From a virus: a DNA stretch of 64,000 bases. The notes beneath the pieces were generated by a model. That model had not been told where the DNA came from. It saw only the letters and a list, made by a program, of their open reading frames with translations, and made no database searches. Position 1 is the first letter of the stretch. Each line of letters opens with the position of its first letter. The position numbers and the translations under genes were made by a program. Shown piece by piece: positions 52,308-60,091 of this stretch. The stretch is taken from positions 79-64,078 of the IMG/VR virus record IMGVR_UViG_3300043493_000021; one strand, written 5' to 3'.

Positions 52308-53623
52308 CGCGATCTCCCGTTGGTTCTCATGGCCGCTTCACGGACCGGTTTCTCGAAGTAAGCCAAGCTGCTCGGGGGTGCGTATTCGCTCCATTCGGCA
52401 CGCCGTTTGATCCCGGCCAGGATCATCTCCGAGTCGATGCCGTCTCGGAGCCAGGAACCCAACGGAGTCCACGATCCCCTCCAGGTCGGAGGCAAACCAG
52501 CGATCTCCGCGATCGTGGTTGCCAGACCCACCGCATCGAACCCGGCGATGCTCGCCACTTTCACCCCATCGCCGACCGTTCCCACCTCGGTTGGTTCCGT
52601 CGCGACCCAGGCGTTGATGCCCCAGGGGTCCAGAAGATCCGGTTCCCGCCCGTTGCCGCCCTTGGCCCCAGCGGTGAGCCACGCCATGGGGTCGCTCGGT
52701 TGCTCGCTTTCCGCTCGTCGAAGGAGCCCGAGAAGCCGCTCGTGGTCGGCGTGCGCCGCGTCGATCAGCTTGCCCAGGAGCTTGCGGGTTGGTCCCTCCG
52801 GTTTCCCGGTGAGCCGGACGAGGATCGCCAGACCCTCTCGCCAGAGGGCGGTCTTCGCGTCCGGCGGCGTCGGCTCGACGCCCTCCCGAAGGGAGGAGTC
52901 TTTCTTCTTGCTTCTTTCTTCTGGAGTAGGCGTTTTTGGGCGTTCGACGCCATCAGATGGTAGGCGTTCGACGCCTAGGGTATTAAGCATTTGACGCCAT
53001 GTATCCGGTCTATAATCCGTCCGGTCCGGACCCTTTGATGCGTTACACCTCTGACAAAAAGGCTGGATGTTTTCGATCGCATCGCTCCCGCCCTGGTAGA
53101 TTGGAGTGATGTGATCTTTCACGGGACCGCCGTTTCCCTGGAACGGTTTTTGGCATCTCATGCACATTCCATTGGCCAAATTGAGTAAGGCGACCCACTC
53201 AAGATCTGTGTGTGTCCCCTTGCGGCGCGCTTCGCTAAGTCGAGAAGAGCGGCTGATTCCTTCGGATTTTCCGGAACCCCACCTCTTTTTGATCGCCACC
53301 GCGCCGTCGCCGGAAGCCAGGTCATCGCGAACCATTCGCCTCGAAAATATTATCCCATCATCGTTTTTGCTAAACACCCCGGCGTCTCCCAGTTCAGTCA
53401 GAAGACGGGTAGCTTCCTTCTCTCCAATGCCGGTCATTTTGCTGATCTGAGTTACCGTCGCCGCTCGTCCGTTAATGGTGACGTGCCCGTAAGGCGTTCC
53501 TTCGTGGGCGAGGCAAAGAAGCTCCATCCACAAACCCCGAGCGGCGAGGCCGCACGACCTCAGTCCCGGATCTCGTTGCCAGTCCTGTGGCCAGAATTTT
53601 ATCCAGGATCGGTTCGCGGTCAT
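52304..53623 (-). CDS. Phage replication initiator (N-terminal wHTH) with internal HNH domain
   Basis: WIKFWPQDWQ.DP.L..C...ARGLW.ELLC...G.L...GVFS...G.I.SRRM (rep HTH); CMRC...KDHITPIYQGGSDAIENIQPFCQRCNASKG (HNH, ~53030-53230). Coupled to dnaB. Confidence 0.75.
   Translation of the reverse strand: MTANRSWIKFWPQDWQRDPGLRSCGLAARGLWMELLCLAHEGTPYGHVTINGRAATVTQISKMTGIGEKEATRLLTELGDAGVFSKNDDGIIFSRRMVRDDLASGDGAVAIKKRWGSGKSEGISRSSRLSEARRKGTHTDLEWVALLNLANGMCMRCQKPFQGNGGPVKDHITPIYQGGSDAIENIQPFCQRCNASKGPDRTDYRPDTWRQMLNTLGVERLPSDGVERPKTPTPEERSKKKDSSLREGVEPTPPDAKTALWREGLAILVRLTGKPEGPTRKLLGKLIDAAHADHERLLGLLRRAESEQPSDPMAWLTAGAKGGNGREPDLLDPWGINAWVATEPTEVGTVGDGVKVASIAGFDAVGLATTIAEIAGLPPTWRGSWTPLGSWLRDGIDSEMILAGIKRRAEWSEYAPPSSLAYFEKPVREAAMRTNGRSR
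52926..52978. repeat. Clustered palindromic repeats, candidate origin iterons
   Basis: GGCGTTCGACGCC at 52939-52951 and 52963-52975 (second copy within the perfect IR TAGGCGT-TCG-ACGCCTA), TAGGCGT at 52927, and CCATCAGATGG between. Confidence 0.45.
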
Positions 53624-55008
53624 TGCGCGTCGCTCCCGGAGAAGGTGGTTGTCGCACCATCGAAGCGGAGCCGGTCAGTGCCCGACTCCCCATCTCGGAC
53701 CTTGCCCCAGATGACCTCGGCGACACCCGCGAGTCGTTTCTTTTCAGTGGCCCAAACGGTGCAACGGTTGGCGTAGATTTCGTTGGTTTCTTTGGATTGC
53801 CGCTCAGGCTCATTACTCAGATAGTATTCTGGTCGGTAGACGAAGCCGACGGCGTCGGCGTCTTGCTCGATATCCCCGGCCTGACGGAGATCCCCGAGCC
53901 CAGGTCGCTTGTCCTCGCGCCCTTCCACGCCCCGGTTGAGTTGCGCGGCGACCAGGACCGGCACCTCGCAATCCTTGGCGAGACGCTTCATCGCACCGCT
54001 GATCCGGCCCATGGCCCAGGTCGGCCCTTGCTTCGCGTCGCTCTCCTCGGGCCGCACGATATGGAGGTGATCGACCACGACCAGACCCAGACCGTTGCGC
54101 CGCGCCGCGCGTGCTCGTGCGGCTATCTGGCGGACGGTGAGACCCGCGCCGTCGTCTATGGTGAGCGGAAGATCGCCAAGCTCCCTCCGCGCCGTGACAA
54201 TTCGCGCGGCCTGGTCGAGATCGACGGTGCCATACTTCATCGCCTTGATCGGCACGCCCGCCGCCGTCGAAAGCACCCGTCGCCCGAGTTCACGCGCGGA
54301 CATCTCCAGCGAGATCATCAGCACACCCGCGCCATTGCGCGCCGCGTTGATGCCCCACTGGAGCGCGAGCGCGGACTTGCCCATGGCGGGCCGCCCGGCG
54401 ATCACGGTCAGCGTTCCTGGCTCCAGCCCACCGATCCGGTAGTCGATGTCGCGGAAGCCGGTGGAGAGCCCGGTCGGGCCGTTCTGGCCTCGGGCGATAT
54501 CGATGGCGGCTATCGCGTCATCCAGGGCCGCGCTCAATTTGACGGAACGCCCGTCCGATTTAGCGCCCGTGATGACGTCGATCCTCGCCAAAGCGCTGGA
54601 TAAGGCGGTAGGCACGGGATCACCCGCGAACATCTGGGTCACCAGCCCTTGGCAAATGTCGATCAGTTCGCGACGCGCCGCGCACTCCGCGATCACGCCC
54701 GCCAGTTCCGGCACCTGGATCAGGCCGACCATCGAAGCCAGCACATTCGAGAGGAGTTCGTTATCAAATTCATGCTTCAGGGAAACGGCGGAGACGTTTC
54801 GTCCCGCGTCTATCCGTTCGGTGATGCGGGCGAAGAGCCGCCCATACTCGCTATCATAGAATTGTTCCGGTTTGAGATCCTCGCAACGGTCCCGACACGC
54901 ATTCTGGTGCAACAACGCTCCCAGCAAGGCTTGCTCGGCCTGGGTATTATACGGGGGAGCGCGGAGCGATAAGCCAGGGAATAGCGGCTCTGAGCCATCT
55001 GGCATCAC
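53620..55008 (-). CDS. dnaB: Replicative DNA helicase, DnaB-like
   Basis: PPYNTQAEQALLGALL, GLSTGF..ID...GG...G.L.VIAGRPAMGKS, ISLEMS, VVDHLH, AAQLNR.VE.R.DKRP.L.DLR.AG.IEQDAD, KVRDG..G. Confidence 0.93.
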   Translation of the reverse strand: MMPDGSEPLFPGLSLRAPPYNTQAEQALLGALLHQNACRDRCEDLKPEQFYDSEYGRLFARITERIDAGRNVSAVSLKHEFDNELLSNVLASMVGLIQVPELAGVIAECAARRELIDICQGLVTQMFAGDPVPTALSSALARIDVITGAKSDGRSVKLSAALDDAIAAIDIARGQNGPTGLSTGFRDIDYRIGGLEPGTLTVIAGRPAMGKSALALQWGINAARNGAGVLMISLEMSARELGRRVLSTAAGVPIKAMKYGTVDLDQAARIVTARRELGDLPLTIDDGAGLTVRQIAARARAARRNGLGLVVVDHLHIVRPEESDAKQGPTWAMGRISGAMKRLAKDCEVPVLVAAQLNRGVEGREDKRPGLGDLRQAGDIEQDADAVGFVYRPEYYLSNEPERQSKETNEIYANRCTVWATEKKRLAGVAEVIWGKVRDGESGTDRLRFDGATTTFSGSDAQ

Positions 55009-55187
55009 CCAGCACTCCGGTTCGTGCTCTGGATGAGGTGGGCCAACTGGGCGAGCACGACGCCGGTCGTGCTGACCGCCTCGCGTTTGACTTCGTAGGG
55101 TATCCCGGGGTTTTCCAGGAAGTCGCGAAAGCAGTTGAGGAACCGGATCCGGTCCTCGTCGAAGAGCCTAATCGCGTCTTGGTCCAT
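55005..55187 (-). CDS. Small protein, paralog of 55416-55595
   Basis: RBS GGGAGG; RIRFLNCFRDFLENPGIP. Confidence 0.6.
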   Translation of the reverse strand: MDQDAIRLFDEDRIRFLNCFRDFLENPGIPYEVKREAVSTTGVVLAQLAHLIQSTNRSAG

Positions 55188-55236
55188 ACTTTCCTCCCAC
55201 GCACACAACTTTTTCGTGACGATTGTGCGGCGGGGG

Positions 55237-55264
55237 CTTGTTAACCGAAGGAACAAAATATATT
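55237..55264 (+). promoter_or_regulatory. Possible plus-strand (antisense) promoter
   Basis: CTTGTT-N16-TATATT in an AT-rich gap. Confidence 0.35.
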
Positions 55265-55361
55265 CCGTCGAATTAACACGCCGACTGAGCCAACATCAGT
55301 CGTCGTTCCGATCAGAGAGTTTGCCGCTCTCCTCGGGAAGTGAGGGTTTCTAAACCCGGCG

Positions 55362-55395
55362 AAGCCGCTCCCGCAAGGGGGCGGTTTTGTTTTTT
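55362..55395 (+). terminator. Intrinsic terminator on the plus (antisense) strand
   Basis: AAGCCGCTCCC-GCAA-GGGGGCGGTTT then TGTTTTTT. GNRA loop; the two G-U pairs are valid only on the plus strand. Confidence 0.7.
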
Positions 55396-55415
55396 AGGGC
55401 CTCCGAATCACTTCA

Positions 55416-55595
55416 TCACCCGACGCCTTTGACCGGACCGACCAGTTCCAACAACTGACGGAGCACCGCCGCCGTCGTTTCTATTTCCGCAACTTTTATG
55501 ACGCCCGGTATTCTGGGATTTTCCAGAAAATATCTGGCGAAGGCCAGAAACCGTTGCCGTTCCTGGTTCCAGCGAGCGTATCCGTCCTCGTCCAT
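55416..55595 (-). CDS. Small protein, paralog of 55005-55187
   Basis: RBS GGAGGG; RQRFLAFARYFLENPRIP. Confidence 0.6.
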   Translation of the reverse strand: MDEDGYARWNQERQRFLAFARYFLENPRIPGVIKVAEIETTAAVLRQLLELVGPVKGVG

Positions 55596-55619
55596 CAAAT
55601 TTTCCCTCCGCACGTCACT

Positions 55620-55820
55620 TTATGGCCTCCGGATAATTTCCCAGGAACCGTCCTCCTGGACTCTTGTAAACACCTTCGGCCATTGCGGTCCGTTGGTGAT
55701 GTTCCGAACCACGGTGAACGGGATCTGAACGATCATGGCGATCTCGACGTTGGTGTAGCCCCGCGCTTTGAAGGACCAGATCCGCGCCTCGACCTCGGGG
55801 GTGAGCTTATCGAACGCCAT
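55620..55820 (-). CDS. Small HTH protein
   Basis: ATG 55820: KARGYTNVEIAMIVQIPFTVVRNI. Confidence 0.5.
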   Translation of the reverse strand: MAFDKLTPEVEARIWSFKARGYTNVEIAMIVQIPFTVVRNITNGPQWPKVFTRVQEDGSWEIIRRP

Positions 55821-55978
55821 GGCCAGCACTCCCGGCACCACGCCACGGACGGCTCCCCGACTTCTAGCATCTTGTCGAGCCTCGTGAACAGGTCCACCGC
55901 ACCGCGTCTGAGCGGCTCCACGCCGGGTCTGACGGCCATGACGTCGGCGCTTCCACACGAGCACCGCCAGTCGGTCAT
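55733..55978 (-). CDS. Small Cys protein
   Basis: ATGA-coupled; CSCGS...WCREC. Confidence 0.35.
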   Translation of the reverse strand: MTDWRCSCGSADVMAVRPGVEPLRRGAVDLFTRLDKMLEVGEPSVAWCRECWPWRSISSPPRSRRGSGPSKRGATPTSRSP

Positions 55979-56115
55979 CGGGCCTGGAGGATGCGTGCCA
56001 ACTGGACCAGTTGCGCGGCGAGCGTGAGCGCGGCGATGGCGGTAACCATGTCCCCGGCGGCGAACGCTTCCCGAGCGAGATCGGCGGCTTTCTGGGCCTG
56101 ATCCAGGAGGGTCAT
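55975..56115 (-). CDS. Hypothetical protein
   Basis: ATGA-coupled, 46 aa, Ala/Leu-rich helix. Confidence 0.4.
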   Translation of the reverse strand: MTLLDQAQKAADLAREAFAAGDMVTAIAALTLAAQLVQLARILQAR

Positions 56116-56294
56116 GCCTTGAGCCCCACCAGGAGATCCAGGATCGCCTCCATGATTTGGATCTCGCGGTCGGCGCGGTCCTGGCTCATGCGCTTGCCCT
56201 GGACACGGCCAGGATAGACCCTCTTACGAAGGCCGATCTCGCGCTCGACGGCGGCGATCTCCTCTTCCAGGGAGACGGGGAGAAGGTCAGCCAT
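56112..56294 (-). CDS. Conserved small phage protein
   Basis: ATG 56294: SL.EEIAAVEREI.LR.RVYP..V....MS...A..EI..ME.I. Confidence 0.55.
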   Translation of the reverse strand: MADLLPVSLEEEIAAVEREIGLRKRVYPGRVQGKRMSQDRADREIQIMEAILDLLVGLKA

Positions 56295-56547
56295 CGTGCT
56301 TGTTCTCCAGGATGTTCTGGACCTCGACGATGTTGATCTCGACGCACTCGACCAAAAAGCCCAGCAACTTATCTCTGAGGCCATGATCCTCCAGTGCGCC
56401 GAGGACCGAAGCCGCCGCCATTCCCAGGGCGTTGACCACCTCCAGGACACGCGCTGGATCAGCTAGATTGTTCCGGTAGTGGTCTCTGATCGCGCGCCCG
56501 AAAATCGCCGTCAGATCCTCGACACGCTCGCGGTCGATCTCGATCAT
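56287..56547 (-). CDS. Small protein, paralog of 56544-56789
   Basis: ATGA-coupled; ERVEDL...RVLEVVNALGMAA. Confidence 0.55.
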   Translation of the reverse strand: MIEIDRERVEDLTAIFGRAIRDHYRNNLADPARVLEVVNALGMAAASVLGALEDHGLRDKLLGFLVECVEINIVEVQNILENKHDG

Positions 56548-56789
56548 GGCGGGTCGCCGACTTCGGTGTGGGCCATTTTGAATGCCTCCAGAAGGAAGGT
56601 TGCCGCGAGCCGCTTTTCGCGTTCGTTCGGACACGCCTCGATGACCATTCCGCCGACCAGACCCAGCGCGTTCAGACACTCGAAGATGCGGGTTCGGTTC
56701 ATCGGACCCTTTTCGCAGTTCTCCCGAAGGATGATCGAGATCTGGACGGCCATCCTCTCGATCCGCTCATCGTCGGTGTCGTCGGTCAA
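56544..56789 (-). CDS. Small protein, paralog of 56287-56547
   Basis: ERIERM...RIFECLNALGLVG. Confidence 0.55.
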   Translation of the reverse strand: MTDDTDDERIERMAVQISIILRENCEKGPMNRTRIFECLNALGLVGGMVIEACPNEREKRLAATFLLEAFKMAHTEVGDPP

Positions 56790-57046
56790 AAGCCCATCCT
56801 CCGCCGGTCAAGATCATTCCGGACGCCGGTTCGCAATTCTTGGGCCCACCGGTCGGCTTGCTCCTCCATTCGGCGCGCGGCCTCATCCCGCTCAAGCTCG
56901 GTCTTGTCGGCCATGATGAACGGCCCATAGCCCATGGCGTGCTCTCTCCTGAAGGTCGCGGCGAGCTTTCGGGCGCACCACATTTGCATCGCGGGATTGA
57001 GCGGCTTGCGGGAGCGCTGGGCACCCCGGGAGCGATCACGAGCCAT
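56786..57046 (-). CDS. Hypothetical protein
   Basis: 86 aa, coupled. Confidence 0.45.
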   Translation of the reverse strand: MARDRSRGAQRSRKPLNPAMQMWCARKLAATFRREHAMGYGPFIMADKTELERDEAARRMEEQADRWAQELRTGVRNDLDRRRMGF

Positions 57047-57048
57047 GG

Positions 57049-57561
57049 CTACCCCACGAATGATTTGATTTCGATCACGAGGCGCGGCGTCTCAGAATAT
57101 CTCTTATGGATGACGGCGGAGACCACCTGGGCATCGTCCACCCAGACGAGTTTGTTCAGCGCGTCTTCCATTTTCGCGTAGTTGGAATAATCCGGCTTCG
57201 TGGTCGGGAACATCCGACCGGCCAGCGCGAGCGCCCGCTTCTTCTTCGACATGGAGGTGGGGATCGGTCGGTAAGCGCACATCCGGAGGATAACCGCGCC
57301 ATCATACGGGGGCCGACCGGCCATTGCCTCATGGGCCATGTGCCGGATCACAGCCATTTCCGAGCGTGTCTTCGGATCCGTGAAGATCGAACCGTGCCCC
57401 GCGACGATGCCGACCTTCCCAGCGCCCTTACCTCTCGGAGCGCCGGGGACGGTGATCGTCAGGTGGAAGCGGTCGCCCTCGCGTTCAGGCTGGGTCGGCG
57501 GGGAGATCGGGTCCATTCGTAGGGGGAGCGCCCGCTGGGGGAGTTCCTGGGTTCCGGCCAT
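57049..57561 (-). CDS. rusA: Holliday junction resolvase RusA family
   Basis: VPG.P.GKG...FTD.KT...P..G.V.L......P...S.KK...A..G...PTTKPDYSNY.K..DALN..VW.DDAQVV.....K.YSE.P...I.I. Confidence 0.85.
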   Translation of the reverse strand: MAGTQELPQRALPLRMDPISPPTQPEREGDRFHLTITVPGAPRGKGAGKVGIVAGHGSIFTDPKTRSEMAVIRHMAHEAMAGRPPYDGAVILRMCAYRPIPTSMSKKKRALALAGRMFPTTKPDYSNYAKMEDALNKLVWVDDAQVVSAVIHKRYSETPRLVIEIKSFVG

Positions 57562-58150
57562 GCTCTTGCTCCCAAACGTAATCGGTCATGCCCTTGGCCC
57601 ATTGCTGGCCCTCTTCAGTGCCAGCGCGGAACGGGTTGTCGGTGATCGTGCCGTCGCTCATGGCTGAGTTCCAGCCGTCTGAGTAGGCCCTGGCGTTCTT
57701 CAGGTTGGCCTCCGCCGCCGGGGTCGGCTTCGGTGGCGGGGCTTTCATCATGTCGTCGAGGGTGGCCTGACCCTCTTCATCGAAGCTCACGCTGATGCCG
57801 ATGTCGGTCGCGTAACCGATGAACTCCTGAACCTCCGCCTCGGCCTCGGCCTTCGACATATCGGTGAGTTCCCACATGCGTTTGAGCATTTTGGGACTAC
57901 CGCCCTTATTGGCGAACGACTTCAAAAGGCTCCGGAGGCTACCCCGCTTCTCCGAACCGACCTTATTGTGGTCGGCGAGATCGCGCATTTTCTTACGGAA
58001 CGCCTCCAGATACTGGCGTTTTTCCTCCGCCGTCGGGCCGTTAGCCTGAACCGACGACATCTTTGGATTGTCGGCGCGCGGCTTGGTTTGCTCCTCGCCC
58101 GTCGCTTTCGCGGCTTTCTTGCGGTTCGTGCTTCCTGGTGGACGACCCAT
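57485..58150 (-). CDS. Putative nucleoid-associated protein (AT-hook + helical GapR-like region + RMF-like tail)
   Basis: MGRPPGSTNRKK (AT-hook); helical middle; AYSDGW.SAM.DG....NPF.AGTEE..QW.KG. Confidence 0.45.
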   Translation of the reverse strand: MGRPPGSTNRKKAAKATGEEQTKPRADNPKMSSVQANGPTAEEKRQYLEAFRKKMRDLADHNKVGSEKRGSLRSLLKSFANKGGSPKMLKRMWELTDMSKAEAEAEVQEFIGYATDIGISVSFDEEGQATLDDMMKAPPPKPTPAAEANLKNARAYSDGWNSAMSDGTITDNPFRAGTEEGQQWAKGMTDYVWEQEHGRNPGTPPAGAPPTNGPDLPADPA

Positions 58151-58364
58151 TCTTCTCACTCCTGGATTTAGGGTCCGGCCAAAGGTCAGGCCGGATCTCG
58201 TGTAGTGGCACGCCGGTCAGGCGCGACACGGTTTGTGCCCGCTCGGCGGGGACTTTGCGCCATTTGCAGACGGCGGCGTAGGAGAGCCCCAGCGCCTCGG
58301 CGATCCGGGAAAGCCGCCCGCGTGGGGCGAGGAGTCTCTCCAGGGGTTCGTCTCGTTCTGGCAT
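58041..58364 (-). CDS. Cro-like / YdaS-family HTH regulator
   Basis: RGRLSRIAEALGLSYAAVCKWRKVPAER...VSRLTGVPLHEIRPDLW. Confidence 0.8.
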   Translation of the reverse strand: MPERDEPLERLLAPRGRLSRIAEALGLSYAAVCKWRKVPAERAQTVSRLTGVPLHEIRPDLWPDPKSRSEKNGSSTRKHEPQESRESDGRGANQAARRQSKDVVGSG

Positions 58365-58469
58365 AAATATGCGATACCTCCCTCGACATATTTTTACAAT
58401 ATCTCAATTTCTCCGGTTGACTGACAGATTTATCAGAGGCAGATATTAACCATCGGGAAAGGAACTCCC
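58365..58469. promoter_or_regulatory. Divergent promoter region
   Basis: AT-rich 105-bp gap between divergent operons. TTGACT at 58417 (+); TTGTAA-N17-TATCGC (-); TTAACCAT at 58446-58453. Confidence 0.55.
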
Positions 58470-58625
58470 ATGCGCCCAGATCTGGAATGGAGCTATCGGA
58501 CGCCGCCGGTTCAGCCGCTTTGGAAGCGTTTGTGGGAAGGGTTCGAGCCCATCGGGGAGCTTATCCTGGCCATCGGCTCCATGGCGGCGGTCTATTATCT
58601 GGCGGTGCTGGTGACCGCGTTATGA
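58470..58625 (+). CDS. Small single-TM protein
   Basis: RBS AAAGGA; MRPDLEWSY...ELILAIGSMAAVYYLAVLVTAL (51 aa). Confidence 0.5.
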   Translation: MRPDLEWSYRTPPVQPLWKRLWEGFEPIGELILAIGSMAAVYYLAVLVTAL

Positions 58626-58960
58626 GCGATGTATCGCTCACGCCGGTCCAGTGGGGTCCAGACCCGCTGATAAGACGGAGGATGAAATACAAGATCCACC
58701 CGAAGGCGTGGTTGGCGCTCGAAGAGGCGGGGCCGCGAGGGACGACGGCGCAATACCTGACCGACATGACGGACACGGTCTATGAGACGACGAGTTCGTG
58801 GCTATCGCAAATCGACAAGCTGGGGTTCACCTTAATGATCGAGAAAAGGGGGGTGCGGACGCGGTATTTCCTCCTCCCCGAGAACCAATGGGCGAGGCCG
58901 CTCACCCCGGATCTTTTCATGTATCGGCAATACCCGCTCGATTTACCGGAGCCTTCGTGA
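58622..58960 (+). CDS. Winged-HTH-like protein
   Basis: ATGA-coupled at 58622: WLAL..AG..G.TAQ.L.D......T.SSWL..I...G......RG...RY. Confidence 0.45.
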   Translation: MSDVSLTPVQWGPDPLIRRRMKYKIHPKAWLALEEAGPRGTTAQYLTDMTDTVYETTSSWLSQIDKLGFTLMIEKRGVRTRYFLLPENQWARPLTPDLFMYRQYPLDLPEPS

Positions 58961-59124
58961 ACGCGACCGACATCAAACTATCGCTCAACGATATCCAGGT
59001 GGCGTTGCGCTACGTCGATCACATCGGGGGTCATATCGGGGAACGCGAGATTATCCGGAATAGTCTTATCGCCATCCGCGAGCGGCTTTTGTGGGCGAAA
59101 ATCGAAACCAAGGAGACACAATGA
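58957..59124 (+). CDS. Hypothetical protein
   Basis: GTGA-coupled. Confidence 0.4.
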   Translation: MNATDIKLSLNDIQVALRYVDHIGGHIGEREIIRNSLIAIRERLLWAKIETKETQ

Positions 59125-59357
59125 CGACGCAAGAGGAAATTCTGAAGGCTTATTGGGCGATGCGTGAGATCGGATTCCCGGCTGACGACGTCACGATCGG
59201 GGCCTTCGAATCCGGGGCCGTGGCGGTGATGGGCGTGCTGACGGATCTGTTTAAGGGGCCTGACCTTCCGTCGATAGCGACCGTCTCGGCGACGCTCCTT
59301 CAGTTGAACGATGCCGTCGGCAACCTGAAAAAGGCGATCCAGGAGAGCGGCGGTTGA
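59121..59357 (+). CDS. Hypothetical protein
   Basis: RBS AAGGAG, ATGA-coupled. Confidence 0.5.
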   Translation: MTTQEEILKAYWAMREIGFPADDVTIGAFESGAVAVMGVLTDLFKGPDLPSIATVSATLLQLNDAVGNLKKAIQESGG

Positions 59358-59527
59358 CCCAGAACGAGTTCCGCGAGGCGCTCGCGAAGCTCCGGTTCGT
59401 GGATTGCCATCCGTGGATGGGCGAAGCCTTCTGGCGGATGTTTCAGGACGATCCCGCGAAGGGCTTTCTGAGGGCCGACGACGAGACGGCGGAGAAGATC
59501 TGGGAAATCATAAGGCCGAAACCATGA
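59354..59527 (+). CDS. Hypothetical protein
   Basis: TTGA-coupled, 57 aa, RBS AGGAG. Confidence 0.4.
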   Translation: MTQNEFREALAKLRFVDCHPWMGEAFWRMFQDDPAKGFLRADDETAEKIWEIIRPKP

Positions 59528-59826
59528 CCCCGCGCGAGCTTTTGGATCGGCTCACGACCGCCATCGAAGTCGATATGCGGCTTGGTGACGACGATGTGCC
59601 GCGCGTTAAGATCGTCGGCGGAGAAGCGATGATCAAGGCCGCGTTCGCTGAACGAGACGCCGAGATCTGGGATCTGAAGATGTCGGTGGTCGCGTTCGCC
59701 GCGCCTTCGATGGTCCAATGGGCGCGGGACATGGGTCTCCCCGAGAAGCATCTCTACCCCGAGCACTATGACCTTCTGGAGCGTTGCGGGGCGCGCATGG
59801 TCGACTTCACGCGGAGTGAGACGTGA
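59524..59826 (+). CDS. Hypothetical protein
   Basis: ATGA-coupled, 100 aa. Confidence 0.45.
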   Translation: MTPRELLDRLTTAIEVDMRLGDDDVPRVKIVGGEAMIKAAFAERDAEIWDLKMSVVAFAAPSMVQWARDMGLPEKHLYPEHYDLLERCGARMVDFTRSET

Positions 59827-60023
59827 CCCATTTCCGGCTCCGATGGGTGCGGCTCGGCGATCACGTCCATGTGCGGTTCTTCTCGGGGAAGCGCGAGGAC
59901 TGGGGCCACGGCAAGAACGGCGATCTGTGCTTCAGGGTGGAGGAATGGGAGTCGTTCCAACGGTGCTTCAACGATCACTTTGACGACCACGTCACGATCA
60001 TCCTGGAGGACGGAAAGCCGTGA
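59823..60023 (+). CDS. Hypothetical protein
   Basis: GTGA-coupled; G.HVHVR.F.G......GKNG.LCFR.EEW. Confidence 0.5.
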   Translation: MTHFRLRWVRLGDHVHVRFFSGKREDWGHGKNGDLCFRVEEWESFQRCFNDHFDDHVTIILEDGKP

Positions 60024-60026
60024 AAA

Positions 60027-60073
60027 AGAAGCCAGCCAGGATCGTCGCGCGCCGCCTCGCGGGACGAGACCAT
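60027..60073 (+). repeat. 47-bp perfect direct repeat, copy 1
   Basis: AGAAGCCAGCCAGGATCGTCGCGCGCCGCCTCGCGGGACGAGACCAT, identical to 60358-60404. Confidence 0.95.
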
Positions 60074-60091
60074 TCTACGGAGGATTGAACG

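Noticed and set aside
36041-55008. Inteins or introns in terL and dnaB
   Set aside because: Both have normal lengths and uninterrupted motifs; no intein-type junctions seen.
58041-58170. Frameshift explaining the Cro C-terminal overlap with the next gene
   Set aside because: No slippery site identified; the HTH core is complete before the overlap and the next gene has its own RBS.
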